Part shown: positions 9,991 to 20,395 of the stretch, one piece after another
How positions within the stretch are numbered: the first letter of the stretch is position 1
Layout: each line of letters starts with the position of its first letter
Origin: Spirochaetia bacterium
Lineage (GTDB): Bacteria > Spirochaetota > Spirochaetia > SZUA-6 > Bin103
NCBI GenBank assembly: GCA_965208575.1
Contig: CBDBOV010000006.1
Location: forward strand, 1,376,001-1,440,000
Length of the DNA stretch: 64,000 nt
Direction: 5' to 3'
Made by a program: the position numbers and the translations under genes
Notes under the pieces: generated by a model
What the model was told of the DNA's origin: nothing
Databases searched by the model: none
What the model saw: only the letters and a program-made list of their open reading frames with translations

Positions 9991-10119
9991 CTGTGAATCG
10001 GTCACTCGCTGGATGGCGCGCTGGATGTCGTCATGAGCCTCCGTCAGCATCCGTCGATTTCCCAAGTGACTCATGCTGGCATGGGCGCGACGCCCTGTCA
10101 ACGACTCCTAGGGCGGTGG

Positions 10120-11373
10120 CAGGGCAATCGACTGAGTGGATTTACTCAGGTCGTGAGCAGCGAGTAGAGAAAGTCCTCATTCCAGGCAGCGATGTGACGA
10201 CTGGCGCGCATGCTGTGTTTGCCCTTGCCGCGCCGCAGGAGATTGCTGGCCATGTGCTTGATGGTGGCGAAGTTCGCCGGCGCGTGCCCGCTCCGTATGC
10301 GGCACTCGTCATCGCGGAACACCATGTCCATCACCCAGTGCAGCCCATTCTCGACGCCCCAGTGGCTGCGTATCGCGTGGCCGATCTGCTCGGCATCCGC
10401 CGGCAACGAGCTGATGTAGTAGCGCGTCTCGGTTTCGACCTTGTCCTCGACCAATAGTTCACGCCGGCTCTCCACCTTCACGATGCTGCGCAGCCCCGGC
10501 CAGCGGTGGTCCTGCTGCAGCCACGCGATGTCCTCGGTCGCTACCACCCGCCGCGTCTCCAGACGTCCGTGGCCCTTGTCACTACTCTCATGTACCGTGA
10601 CTTGGTGCCCGGCGAAGCCATCCTGTCGTTCGTCGAAGAACAACGCCACATCCTTATGCAGCGTCCCCTGATTTCCTTTCAGACCCAATACATAGTCTGC
10701 TTTCTGCTCGATGATCCGGGCACCGATCTCGCGCTGGCAGCCCATCGCGTCGATGGTCACCACCGCGCCGTGCAACTCCAGCAACCGCAACAGCTCCGGG
10801 ATCGCCGGGATCTCGTTCGACTTGTCCGCCACCTTGCACTGGCCCAGCACCAGCCGCTGCTGGCTACTCCACGCCGAGATCATATGGATCGGTCCCTGCT
10901 CGGCAGCGCGATCAAGCGAGCGCCGCAGCGTCTTGCCATCTACCGCCACCACTCCACGCACCGCCGCCGTAAACCGCTCCACCCAGGCGATGAAACAACT
11001 CTGGAACTGCTGCGCGTCCAGCCGCGCGAACACGTTCCCCAGTTGGTCATGCGATGGGACCCCATGGGCGAATGGCAAGAAGCGGCGCAGAAACTTCAGC
11101 TTCTGCTGGCCATACAGCGCCACCTCGACCCAGCTATCGGCACCGCCGAGCACTGCGCACAGGCACAGCAACAGGATCTCCGGCAGCGGATAGAGCACCT
11201 TCGCCTGCTGGCGCGGGTCGTCGAGAGCGTCGAAACTGCCTAAGAATTCGACATCACCACCACTGTCATCGTTCATCAGAATGCCCCTCCCAGAGCTATT
11301 TCCTAGCTCCTTCAGTACATACTGATCACCGCCTGTCTGTCACCCTACCCAAAATATTCGGTCGATTGCCCTG
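10120..11373 (-). mobile_element. ISAs1-family insertion sequence, complete
   Basis: Terminal IRs cagggcaatcgac; 9-bp target duplication gggcggtgg at 10111-10119 and 11374-11382. Confidence 0.95.
10146..11276 (-). CDS. ISAs1-family transposase
   Basis: DPRQ, AVDGKTLR, KSNEI, TIDAMGCQ, KGNQ, HGRLETR and HWGVENGLHWVMD motifs. Confidence 0.96.
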   Translation of the reverse strand: MNDDSGGDVEFLGSFDALDDPRQQAKVLYPLPEILLLCLCAVLGGADSWVEVALYGQQKLKFLRRFLPFAHGVPSHDQLGNVFARLDAQQFQSCFIAWVERFTAAVRGVVAVDGKTLRRSLDRAAEQGPIHMISAWSSQQRLVLGQCKVADKSNEIPAIPELLRLLELHGAVVTIDAMGCQREIGARIIEQKADYVLGLKGNQGTLHKDVALFFDERQDGFAGHQVTVHESSDKGHGRLETRRVVATEDIAWLQQDHRWPGLRSIVKVESRRELLVEDKVETETRYYISSLPADAEQIGHAIRSHWGVENGLHWVMDMVFRDDECRIRSGHAPANFATIKHMASNLLRRGKGKHSMRASRHIAAWNEDFLYSLLTT

Positions 11374-11491
11374 GGGCGGTGGTGGGCGGCAGCGCTCGGC
11401 CGCCACGTCGTCACGGCGCATCAGGCGCCTGTGATACACTTCGCACCGTAGCGCCGGACAAACCGGCCGTCGCCAAGCGAGGATCGCATCC

Positions 11492-13048
11492 AGGCGTTCG
11501 TTCAACACCGCGGGTCCCGTCAATCCGACCGATCACTACCTGATCGCGCCGCTGTCGAGGATCGACCTCGACGACGTGCTCGGCCTGGTGCGCGACAAGA
11601 AGTACTTCGTGCTCCATGCGCCGCGCCAGACCGGCAAGACGTCGGCGCTGCTGGCGCTGGCCGAGGTGCTGAACGGGCGCGGCTACCGGTGCCTGTACGT
11701 TTCGGTCGAAACCGCCCGCACCGCGCGCGACGACGTGCAGCGGGCGATGCGCACGGTGCTCGCCGCGCTGGCGTCACGGGCGCGGGCGACGCTGGACGAC
11801 GGCTTTCTGGACGACATCTGGCCGGACGTGCTGGCGCGGGTCGGTCCGGACTTGGCGCTGGGCGTAGCTCTGGAGCGCTGGGCGCAGGCGTCACCGGGAC
11901 CGCTGGTGCTGCTGATCGACGAGATCGACACGCTGGTGGGCGATTCGCTGCTGTCGGTGCTCCAGCAACTTCGCGCAGGCTACCCAACGCGCCCGGAGCG
12001 CTTTCCGCACAGCGTGGTCCTGTGCGGCTTGCGCGACCCGCGCGACTACCGCATGGACGCCGCCGGCAGCCCGTTCAACATCGCCGCCGCGTCGCTCCGG
12101 TTGGGCGACTTCTCCCGGCAGGAGACGCTGGAGCTGCTCGGCCAGCACACCGAGCAGACCGGCCAGGCGTTCGCACCGGAAGCGCTGGAGGCGGTGTGGA
12201 CGCAGACCCGCGGCCAGCCCTGGCTGGTGAACGCGCTCGCGCACGAGACCTGCTTCAAGAACAGGGCGTTGCGGGACGACCGCTCGCGCGCGGTGACCGC
12301 CGACCACATCACCGCGGCGCGCGAGGAGCTGATCGTGAACCGGGTGACGCACCTCGACTACCTGGCGGACAAGCTGCGCGAGGATCGCGTGCGCCGGGTG
12401 ATCGAGCCGATGCTCAGCGGCACCCACCGGCACGTCTTCACGGACCGCGATGTCGGGTACGCGCGCGACCTGGGTCTGCTGGCCCGCGACGCGCCGCTGC
12501 GGGTGGCCAACCCGATCTACGCCGAAGTGCTGCCGCGCGAATTGGCGTGGGTGGTGCAGGAGACGCTGGAGCTGTCGCCGCCGCGCTACGTAAGGGCGGA
12601 CGGCAGCCTGGACGCGGAGTTGCTGATGGCGGAGTTCCAGGACTTCTTTCGCCGCCACTCCGAGCACTGGCGGAACCGCTTCGCCTACGAGGAGGCGTGG
12701 CCGCAGTTGTTGCTGCAGGCGTACCTGCAGCGGGTGGTGAACGGCAGCGGCCGCATCGAGCGGGAGTATGCACTGGGGAGCGGGCGGGTCGACCTGCTGA
12801 TCGTGTGGCCGCTGGCCGACCGGGTGCAGGAGTTCGTGGTGGAGTGCAAGGTGGTGCGCGAGCACGACGGGCCCGAGCGCGTGGTGGACGAGGGCGTGGA
12901 GCAGACGGCACGCTACGTGGACCGCTGCGCGGCGGAGGCGGGGCACCTGGTCGTGATCGACCGGCGCGAGAACCGGAGCTGGGAGGAGAAGGTATTCCAC
13001 CTCCGGCGTGACGGCGGTGCGGTCCCGGTCGACGTGTGGGGCATGTGA
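11492..13048 (+). CDS. AAA-like ATPase with C-terminal PD-(D/E)XK-like domain; native start codon appears mutated (AGG)
   Basis: FNTAGPV N-terminus, Walker A HAPRQTGKTS, Walker B LLIDEID, and C-terminal GRVDLLI...VVECK. Confidence 0.85.
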   Translation, partial: RRSFNTAGPVNPTDHYLIAPLSRIDLDDVLGLVRDKKYFVLHAPRQTGKTSALLALAEVLNGRGYRCLYVSVETARTARDDVQRAMRTVLAALASRARATLDDGFLDDIWPDVLARVGPDLALGVALERWAQASPGPLVLLIDEIDTLVGDSLLSVLQQLRAGYPTRPERFPHSVVLCGLRDPRDYRMDAAGSPFNIAAASLRLGDFSRQETLELLGQHTEQTGQAFAPEALEAVWTQTRGQPWLVNALAHETCFKNRALRDDRSRAVTADHITAAREELIVNRVTHLDYLADKLREDRVRRVIEPMLSGTHRHVFTDRDVGYARDLGLLARDAPLRVANPIYAEVLPRELAWVVQETLELSPPRYVRADGSLDAELLMAEFQDFFRRHSEHWRNRFAYEEAWPQLLLQAYLQRVVNGSGRIEREYALGSGRVDLLIVWPLADRVQEFVVECKVVREHDGPERVVDEGVEQTARYVDRCAAEAGHLVVIDRRENRSWEEKVFHLRRDGGAVPVDVWGM

Positions 13049-13111
13049 CCGTCTGTGGCTCTCCCCCGTCGTCGTAGCCGAGGTATTGAGACTTGCGCGG
13101 GAGGCGGAAAG

Positions 13112-13435
13112 ATGAAGAAAGACCACATGGTCGGGACGCGACTGCCCCAGGAGTTGGTGCGGGAGCTGCAATTCATCGAGGAAGTGGAGCAATCCGACCG
13201 CTCGACTACCGTACGACGCCTGCTGGCGCGAGCAATCCAGCAATGGAAGCTTGAACACTACGTGCGGCTGTATGGCGACGGCAAGCTTACGCTCGCGCGA
13301 GCCGCGCAGGAGACCGGAGTCTCGTTGTGGGAAATGATCGACTATGCACGTGCCAGGAAGGTGACGACTCAGTACGACATCGACGATCTTCTGCACGACG
13401 TCGAGACTATTCGCGAAAGCCGGGATCTGCGGTGA
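13112..13435 (+). CDS. UPF0175-like antitoxin (RHH-like N-terminus plus HTH)
   Basis: DRSTTVRRLL...LYGDGKLTLARAAQETGVSLWEM; ggagg RBS upstream. No intact toxin follows. Confidence 0.7.
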   Translation: MKKDHMVGTRLPQELVRELQFIEEVEQSDRSTTVRRLLARAIQQWKLEHYVRLYGDGKLTLARAAQETGVSLWEMIDYARARKVTTQYDIDDLLHDVETIRESRDLR

Positions 13436-13591
13436 CGGGAGAAGGAGCATCTCGCCGCCGCCGACCCGCTGAAGAGCATCGTCGAGGAGTACCGCCTGGA
13501 GCTCGGCGGCGCCGGCCGGGAGGTCGGCCTGTGGCGAGACCGTGCCGTTCGTCAGTCGGGCGTCTTCTCGCATCCCCGATCAGACCCGTAT

Positions 13592-13822
13592 CCTCCATCG
13601 GTGCGTCGGCAACGGCTGCGAGCGTTTCGGCAAATGCTTGGGGATGGTAGTTGGCCGCGGCATCTCTGAAGAAGTCTCGCGTTTCTTGCCGGATCACCTC
13701 GTTGTTCACCGATGCCACGATGAAGCTGTTCAGAGAGACGCCGTCCTCACCGGCGAACTGACATTGTGCGTGACGATCACTTCGGCGCCGAAGTTGGCCG
13801 CGCATTCAAACACCATGTCATC
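13592..13822 (-). pseudogene. Second copy of the fused PIN/antitoxin relic
   Basis: Near-identical to 3382-3612, including the same fusion junction. Confidence 0.7.
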
Positions 13823-13891
13823 GTTCGCGCACGAAGGAAGAAGGCCTGGGGCCGCGCAGGCGGGCCCCAGAACCCAAAAGCCAAAGACGAG

Positions 13892-14906
13892 CTAATTCAA
13901 CTCGGCCTTGAGCTGACTATCGATCCACATGCGGGCGTAGGGCAGGGTGTAACCGCCGGCGCCCACCTGCAGCTCGCCGTTAAAGCCGACGATCCACGGC
14001 TGCGCAACGGAGAAACCGGGAACCCGCACACCCCAGATGTAGACGTGCTGCTCGATCGCATACATGTCGAGCGCCTTCGCCAGCCGTCGGTATTCGTCCT
14101 CGTCATCAATGGCGGCCTGCAACTCCTCCCATCTGGCGTCGAACACCGGATCGCAGTAGGCACCCCCGATGGGGCCGCCGGAAACATAGGCGCCGAGACT
14201 TCCGTCGAGGGTCGCGTAGTCGGCGCCGCTGCCCCACCACATTGTCAAACCGTCCCCCCAGTCTCGCGAACTCATCGTTCCGAAGAACGAAGCGTCCTCG
14301 AGCGCATTGAGCTCGACCTCCACCCCGATCTCCTTCCAGTAACCGACCTCCAGCTCGTGGTAGCCGATGTCGGCTCGACCGACGGGTCGGATCATCTGCG
14401 TCCGGAAGCGGACACCGTCCGCGCCGCGCGGGTATCCGGCCTCGTCGAGCAGTCGCTCGGCGCCTTCAGGGTCGTAGGAGTAGAACTTCTTGAGCTCCTC
14501 GGGCCAGGTATCGAAGGCGTTGTGATAACCGACCCACGCCGGCCCGATAGGCCCCATCGGCTGCCACTCTCCCAAGCCCGAGAAGTAGTTGTCGTTAATG
14601 GTGTTCTCCCAGCTCTCGGCCAGGTGCCCTCTCAGTATGCTCAAGGGATAATAGAGCATGAAGCTGCTGACACTCCGATCGGCCGCCCAGTCCGCAATAC
14701 CCAAATGGTCCAGCGCTGCTCCCACCCCAACGCCGGCGCCGTGGGTGAGCCACGCGTCGCCGTGATCGAGCGGGGCGTGGACTACAGTGGTGAGTGTCCC
14801 GCCGTATTCCGGCTTGAGCACCTGCTTGCCGGTGGACGGATCGGTCACGTACTCCTTCTCGGCGGCCATCGCCGTGTCGTCGCCTTCGCCGGCGGGGCTG
14901 GCAAAG
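13892..14906 (-). pseudogene. Family-5 SBP pseudogene (unit B): internal deletion, and the signal-peptide region split by the IS1-like element (remainder at 18275-18312)
   Basis: Close paralog of 20396-22195. The join ESWEN|TINDNY removes roughly 240 codons. Confidence 0.88.
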
Positions 14907-14975
14907 GGTAGTGTATCAGTTTACTTTTGATGGAGGTGGCAGGGCGTGGACGCTACGTTCTCACGGATGACGTTC

Positions 14976-15248
14976 TCATTTGATGATGAAGGGGCCACCA
15001 GGGTCTTTCGGTTTATGGACGGTGTGTGTGATCTGTACGGCCCCCTGCTTGACGACCGAGCCGCGACGGCCCTTCGCGAACGACTTGCGAAGCTCGTATC
15101 GCGCCAATTCGATATAGAGCCGTTCGGCCGCGTGACCCTCCACCGAAACGCTACACCGGGGGCAACGAATCACACGCACCTTGCCGTTTCGGAGTTGCGC
15201 ATGTGCCGCGACCTTGCAGCGGCGGCAAACGACTTCCTGGGTTGCCAC
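14976..15248 (-). CDS. Small hypothetical protein with two CxxC pairs (putative Zn-binding)
   Basis: CRRC...CPRC in an ORF of about 90 aa from a GTG start, inside the transposon. Confidence 0.45.
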   Translation of the reverse strand: MATQEVVCRRCKVAAHAQLRNGKVRVIRCPRCSVSVEGHAAERLYIELARYELRKSFAKGRRGSVVKQGAVQITHTVHKPKDPGGPFIIK

Positions 15249-15730
15249 TCGCCTACCGAAGATGGTTGCGAAGGCAGTACCGGCGCACGGCTTCCAATGC
15301 CTCCGAGTCGGGCGCACCGGCAAGCTGACTGAGGGCAAACGCACGTCGCTGGTCCGGGGTGCTTGCCTGCTCGGCGATAGCTATCGGGGGAACCGCACTC
15401 ATACGGTCCTGGAGCAGCACCATGGCGGTAGCGTAGTCGCGAGCAAAGCGATTAAGACCGTGGGTGATCGTAGCCGCGAGTACGGCCCAGTCGTTCAGGG
15501 GACGAACGGAATCAGACAAAACTTTCTCCCAGTTCCGCTTGACGTGAATTGGGAGGGCACACTAAACTCAGGGCCGTCGTCTGTAACGATTCCCGGTGTC
15601 GGCAAGTTGGTTCCTTGCCGCGCCCCTCCGCTCCAAGCGGGTAGATCGCGGCTCCCCGAAGGGAGCCGCGCCTATGTATAGACGCGCTCAGCATACGCCA
15701 CCCGAGCAGATTGGATCAACCCGTCAAGCG

Positions 15731-16645
15731 TTATTCGGCGGGGACGGCCTTGCGCTTGCGGTATTTGCGAGCGTACTTGACCGCGGGGGCGCGCTCGTCG
15801 ATCAGCGCTACCAGTTGCTCCAGCGTGGCGGGGCGATCCGCTATACCGGCAGCCATCGCCGGGGTGACGCGGTTGTTACGCTTCGTCCTGACCGCGCCGT
15901 GCGGCTTGATCCAGTTGTAGACGTGGAAGTACAGGGCGAGCATCTCGCAGTGCTTTTCCAGCTTCTTCGAGAATGCGTTGGTCAGGCGAGTAAAGCGCCG
16001 GATGCCCATGCGCATCGACAAGTTGTGCCGCTCTACGTGTGACGTGTTCGCGGTGCGCAGGTCAGGCGATCCCCATACGACGATCTTTTCGATGCCCGTG
16101 CAGGTGGCGGGACTGTAGCGCCGCTCGTTGTCGATCCCCTCGGCCTTGCCGTAGGTTTTGATGATCTGCGCGAAATCCACGTCGCCGCCGAAAGCCTCGT
16201 CTACGGCTTCCCGGTATGCCCTCAAGCCATCGGTCGAAATCTGCGGCCGCTCGGTGATCCGGGTACGAAGATCGTCCATGAAGTGCATCGCGGTCTCACT
16301 GTCGCGCTCGCCTACCATGTAGCTGACGATCATCTTGCTATCGGTATCCAGGGCAGTGAACGTCCAGGTGTCGCCGGCATCGTCCGGTGCGGACTTGGCA
16401 TAAGGAACGGTGCCCTGCTTGGCGTAAACGAAGCTCCATATTTCGTCGCACTGAATATGCCGGTAGCCCTTGATGCCGCGTGTCTTCTTGGCGTGGTAAG
16501 CGTCCGCCGCGTCCGCGGCATCGCTGAGCAGCTTCGTAATGGTGTTGATGCTTGCGCCGGTAACGCGGTTGACGGCCCGCATGCTCATCCCCTCTACCAG
16601 CATGTTGAGGATCGTTACGCGCTTCTCAGTGCTCAGCTTGTTCAT
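15731..16645 (-). CDS. IS1-family transposase (single ORF)
   Basis: N-terminal HTH (VEGMSMRA); IQCDEIWSFV, STDGLRAY, TSHVERHNLSMR and RRFTRLTNAFSKK motifs. Confidence 0.92.
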   Translation of the reverse strand: MNKLSTEKRVTILNMLVEGMSMRAVNRVTGASINTITKLLSDAADAADAYHAKKTRGIKGYRHIQCDEIWSFVYAKQGTVPYAKSAPDDAGDTWTFTALDTDSKMIVSYMVGERDSETAMHFMDDLRTRITERPQISTDGLRAYREAVDEAFGGDVDFAQIIKTYGKAEGIDNERRYSPATCTGIEKIVVWGSPDLRTANTSHVERHNLSMRMGIRRFTRLTNAFSKKLEKHCEMLALYFHVYNWIKPHGAVRTKRNNRVTPAMAAGIADRPATLEQLVALIDERAPAVKYARKYRKRKAVPAE

Positions 16646-16707
16646 ATCTAAACTATACTACATGCTTAGCACAAAGGCAAGCATGCGTGTCAGTTTATTT
16701 CAGAAAA

Positions 16708-17879
16708 TCATGCAGCTAGTTCGAGTTTGAGGCGCAGATATTTCATGCCGCGATGACCTTTTACGCGGTTACAGTTTCCGCATAGCAGTTGAAGGTTGTC
16801 GATATGGTCAGTCCCGCCCTTAGCCTGCGCAACGATATGGTCGACTTCAAGATGCCGGATTGCGAAGTGTTCGCCACATCCAGCGCAGTCCCCGGCTTGG
16901 CGTCCATATAACGTCTGCTTGTTCTCGGTACAGTTATAGCGAGGGAGCTGCCCAAGGTCAGTGCGTTGTGGTATGTCAGTGCGATTCACGTAGTCGGTGA
17001 ATAGGCTGCCCTGAAGGTCGGTAATGCGCTGCACTACCAGTTCGGCTGCCTTTGGACTGATATCAATCCCTACCCACTTGCGATCACCGATGGCATGCGA
17101 CGCAACCATCGTGGTTGCGCAGCCGCAGAACGGGTCTAACACAAGGTCGCCCGGGTTGGAGCTCGCCCGGACGATCCGATTGAGAAGTGCAAGCGGCTTC
17201 TGTGTCGGATACCCGGTCCGTTCTTTCGACCAAGGCATAACCGAGTTGTGTTCCCACACATCGTCTGGAAGTTTGCCACTATCCAAGTCACGCTCCGATC
17301 CGTCGGCCCTTCGTTGACCATCTACCCACTTGTATGGCGTCCTTACCGCATCGGCGTTGAACGTCCACTTGTTGGATTTGGCATAGTACAAGATTACGTC
17401 ATGCTTACGGGCCCAACGACGCTTAGATGCCCCGCCCCCGGAGTAGTACCAGACAATTCGTTTTGGAAACGCTGGCGGCCGAAAATGGCGTCCATGAGAA
17501 CCTTCAGGTAGTGACTCATCGTCGGATCGCAGTGCAGGTAGATGCTACCTGTTGACTTCAAAAGCCGCCGAATCTCAAGCAGCCTGATTGCCATGTAGAC
17601 CAGATACGACTTGTCACTGGAGGTCATGGCTGCCAAGATGGCGTGGTACAGCTTCGGTTCTTTTGACTCCAACAGATCGATCCATTCTTCATCCAGATCG
17701 TTTAGTGTCCATGTGTCCTTGAAGGCCGCGCCCGCCGCTGCCGAGCCGATTGGAGCCGCGTAGTCGACCTTGCTATTGAAGGGTGGGTCCAGGTAAATGA
17801 GGTCGACCGACTCGGAGTTCATGCCACGCATGACGTACAGGTTGTCGCCAGTCCAAATCGTACTCGGTGCGAAGTTCAT
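16708..17879 (-). pseudogene. N4/N6 DNA methyltransferase fused to an HNH endonuclease; single -1 frameshift near 17456
   Basis: DLIYLDPPFN, YPTQKP and VLDPFCGCAT motifs; C-terminal CAGC..EVDHI..GGTD..NLQLLCGNCN. Adding one A restores NEIVWYY. Confidence 0.85.
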
Positions 17880-17974
17880 CGGACGGGACGTTACCATAGG
17901 CAATGACGGCACGTCCAGTTAATGGCTTAGCACTCAACACTATACATGCGTTGAGTGTATTGCTTGGTAGGGAG

Positions 17975-18199
17975 TTACTCAGCGGGTTGGTTCCAGCGAG
18001 CGGCGGCTGCTACCTGGGCGATCTGCGAGCGCTCATCGGGCGACAGGGCCGCGGCGCGTGCCTCGCCGCCCTTCTTACCGCCCTTGCGTTTGGCAGGGTC
18101 CGCGTAGGTCTCCTCGGCTTCGCCGGTGGCCAGCTTGGCGACGTGCAGCGCGTTGGCGAGCGTATCGCCGGGGCGCTTCTCGCCCTTCGGTCCTATCAT
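17975..18199 (-). CDS. Small basic protein typical of IS1-like cargo elements
   Basis: PKGEKRP.D...A..VAKLATGE...GGKKGGEARAAALSPDERSQIA..AAAARW. Confidence 0.65.
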   Translation of the reverse strand: MIGPKGEKRPGDTLANALHVAKLATGEAEETYADPAKRKGGKKGGEARAAALSPDERSQIAQVAAAARWNQPAE

Positions 18200-18417
18200 G
18201 CTACAAGTGTGCCACGCCCGCACCACCACGGCAACCGCCCGCCGGATTATCTAAAAGTAAACTGATACACTACCTGGCAAAGGTAACGGTAGCCACCAGC
18301 GCGAACGCCAGTGTAGCGTATGAAGCAGCGAGTGGACGAGTGGCAGGCGCAGTGCGAACCGGTCCTTGCAAGAATCGCTGGTCGCGGATAGATAGGTACG
18401 TGGCGTCCCCGTGTCGG

Positions 18418-19380
18418 TCAACTACGCGACGAGCGCGCTCGCGCCGCTTTGCGCAGCGCCTTGCCGCGGTGCGCACCCATGCGCCCCACGCCGCCGCGCA
18501 AGCGCGGGTCGAGCAGGTCGCGCACCGCGTCGCCGAACATGTTGAAGCTGTACACGACGATGGTCAGGAAGATGCCGGGCCACATCGCCAGCCACGGCGC
18601 CTGCTGCATGTAATTGCGGCCCTCGCGGCTCAGGAGGCCGCCCCAACTGGGCACGCTCAGCGGCAACCCAAAGCCCAGAAAGCTCAGCGAAGCCTCGGTG
18701 ATGATGACCGCGCCGACGGTGATGCTGAAGATGATGATGATGGGCGCCAGCACGTTCGGCAGCACGTGGCGCAGCACCGTATGCCAGGGCGGGCTGCCGA
18801 CCGCCTGAGCAGCCTGAAAGTAGGCGTTCTCCTTAATGCCGATCACCGCACCCCGGATCACGCGCGAGCTGCCGATGCCGTAGGTCAGGCCCAGCACGAT
18901 GATGATCTGCGGCGCACCGGTACCCAGGATCGACATGATGGTCATGAGCAGGAGCAGTCCCGGAAAGGCCATCCAGGCATCGACGAATCTCTGCGTCACC
19001 ATGTCGAGCCGGCCACCGACGAACCCCGACAGGCCGCCGACGGCGGTGGCCACCAGTACCGCCACCGCCGTCGCCGCGAAGCCGACCAACAGCGACAGGC
19101 GCGCGCCGTAGATGTTGCGGCTCAAGAAGTCGCGCCCCGTATGATCGGTGCCCAGCAGATGCTCGGCCGAGGAGCCCTGCAGCCTCCGCGTGACGTCCTG
19201 GCGCTGCTCGGGGTCCGGTGCCAGCACGTCGGCGAAGACGCTCACCAGCACGAAAACCACGATGATGACGGCGCCGAGCAGGCCCAACGGCTTCTCCCGG
19301 ACCAGCCGGTAGAAGAAGTCCGCAAGTGGGCCGCGCGGGCGTCGGACATCGGCGCCGCCGGGATCGGCGATGGTGCTCAC
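18418..19380 (-). CDS. ABC permease DppC/OppC, unit C
   Basis: LLGTDHTGRDFLSR, EASLSFLGFG and GDAVRDLLDPR motifs. Confidence 0.95.
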   Translation of the reverse strand: MSTIADPGGADVRRPRGPLADFFYRLVREKPLGLLGAVIIVVFVLVSVFADVLAPDPEQRQDVTRRLQGSSAEHLLGTDHTGRDFLSRNIYGARLSLLVGFAATAVAVLVATAVGGLSGFVGGRLDMVTQRFVDAWMAFPGLLLLMTIMSILGTGAPQIIIVLGLTYGIGSSRVIRGAVIGIKENAYFQAAQAVGSPPWHTVLRHVLPNVLAPIIIIFSITVGAVIITEASLSFLGFGLPLSVPSWGGLLSREGRNYMQQAPWLAMWPGIFLTIVVYSFNMFGDAVRDLLDPRLRGGVGRMGAHRGKALRKAARARSSRS

Positions 19381-20336
19381 TAGTAGCGAATCCTCGGGTC
19401 GAGGTAGGCGTACAGCAGGTCGATGAGCAGGTTGTTGAACAGAATGAAGGTGGCAAAGAACAGGTTGATGCCCGAGACCATCGGATAGTCACGCTTCGCC
19501 AGCGACCCAACGAGCAGCGACCCCAGGCCGGGCAGGTTGAACAGCGTCTCGATGATGACCGAGCCGCCGACCAGGATCGGCAGTTGCAGCCCGATGAGGG
19601 TGAGCACAGGGATGAGGGCGTTCTTGATGGCGTGGCGGACAACGACCGACCGCTCGCGTAGGCCCTTGGCCCACGCCGTGCGCACGTAGTCCTGCCGCAG
19701 CACCTCCAGCATCATCGTGCGCGTCATCCGCATGGTGGCGGCAGATAGGCCGGTGCCCAGGATGAGGCCGGGGATGAGGAACATGCCGATGTGGGCCACC
19801 GGATCCTCGCTGAAGTCAAACAGTCGCAGCGGCGGCGTCCAGCCCCACCAGATGCCGGGAAAGATGAGGACCATGAGGGCCAGCCAAAAGTTGGGCGTGG
19901 CCAACCCAAAGATGGCGACGCTGCGGGCCGCGTAATCGCCGAGGGTGTCCTGGCGCACGGCCGAGTAGATGCCCACCGGCAGCGCGATCAACAGGCCAAT
20001 GATCAGCGCGGCGCCCCCCAGCTCCAGGGTGACGGGCACTCGGGCGAGAATCTTCCCCTCCACGGGTCTGTTGCCCCGTTGCAGCGACTGACCGAGGGTG
20101 CCTTCCAACAGAATCCCTCGCACCCACCGCACGTAAGCGATGTGCGCGGGGACATCGAGACCCATGATGGCGCGCAACCGATCCTTCTCCTCGGTGCTGA
20201 TGGCGTAAAATGTGTCGGCCGTTATGATGTCGACGATGTCGCCTGGAATCGCACGCACCATAAAGAACACCAGCATGCTCAGGATGAACAGCGTGGGGAT
20301 GAACAGCAGCAGCCGGCGGATGACGTAGGTTCGCAT
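19380..20336 (-). CDS. ABC permease DppB/OppB, unit C
   Basis: YVIRRLL, QDYVRTAWAKGL and LDPRIRY motifs. Confidence 0.95.
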   Translation of the reverse strand: MRTYVIRRLLLFIPTLFILSMLVFFMVRAIPGDIVDIITADTFYAISTEEKDRLRAIMGLDVPAHIAYVRWVRGILLEGTLGQSLQRGNRPVEGKILARVPVTLELGGAALIIGLLIALPVGIYSAVRQDTLGDYAARSVAIFGLATPNFWLALMVLIFPGIWWGWTPPLRLFDFSEDPVAHIGMFLIPGLILGTGLSAATMRMTRTMMLEVLRQDYVRTAWAKGLRERSVVVRHAIKNALIPVLTLIGLQLPILVGGSVIIETLFNLPGLGSLLVGSLAKRDYPMVSGINLFFATFILFNNLLIDLLYAYLDPRIRY

Positions 20337-20395
20337 GGAGAAAGGACGCCCGGGGCCGCACAGGCCGACCCCAGGCGCAAAAGGCCAAAGACGAG

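Larger units (their letters stand above)
14907..18274 (-). mobile_element. IS1-like transposon with passenger genes (3368 bp)
   Basis: Perfect 22-bp terminal IRs ggtagtgtatcagtttactttt; 8-bp TSD tggcaaag at 14899-14906 and 18275-18282. Confidence 0.93.

Noticed and set aside
715-17460. Programmed frameshifting at the indels near 723, 3090, 3320 and 17456
   Set aside because: No slippery heptamers are evident. Decay or short-homopolymer sequencing errors are simpler explanations.
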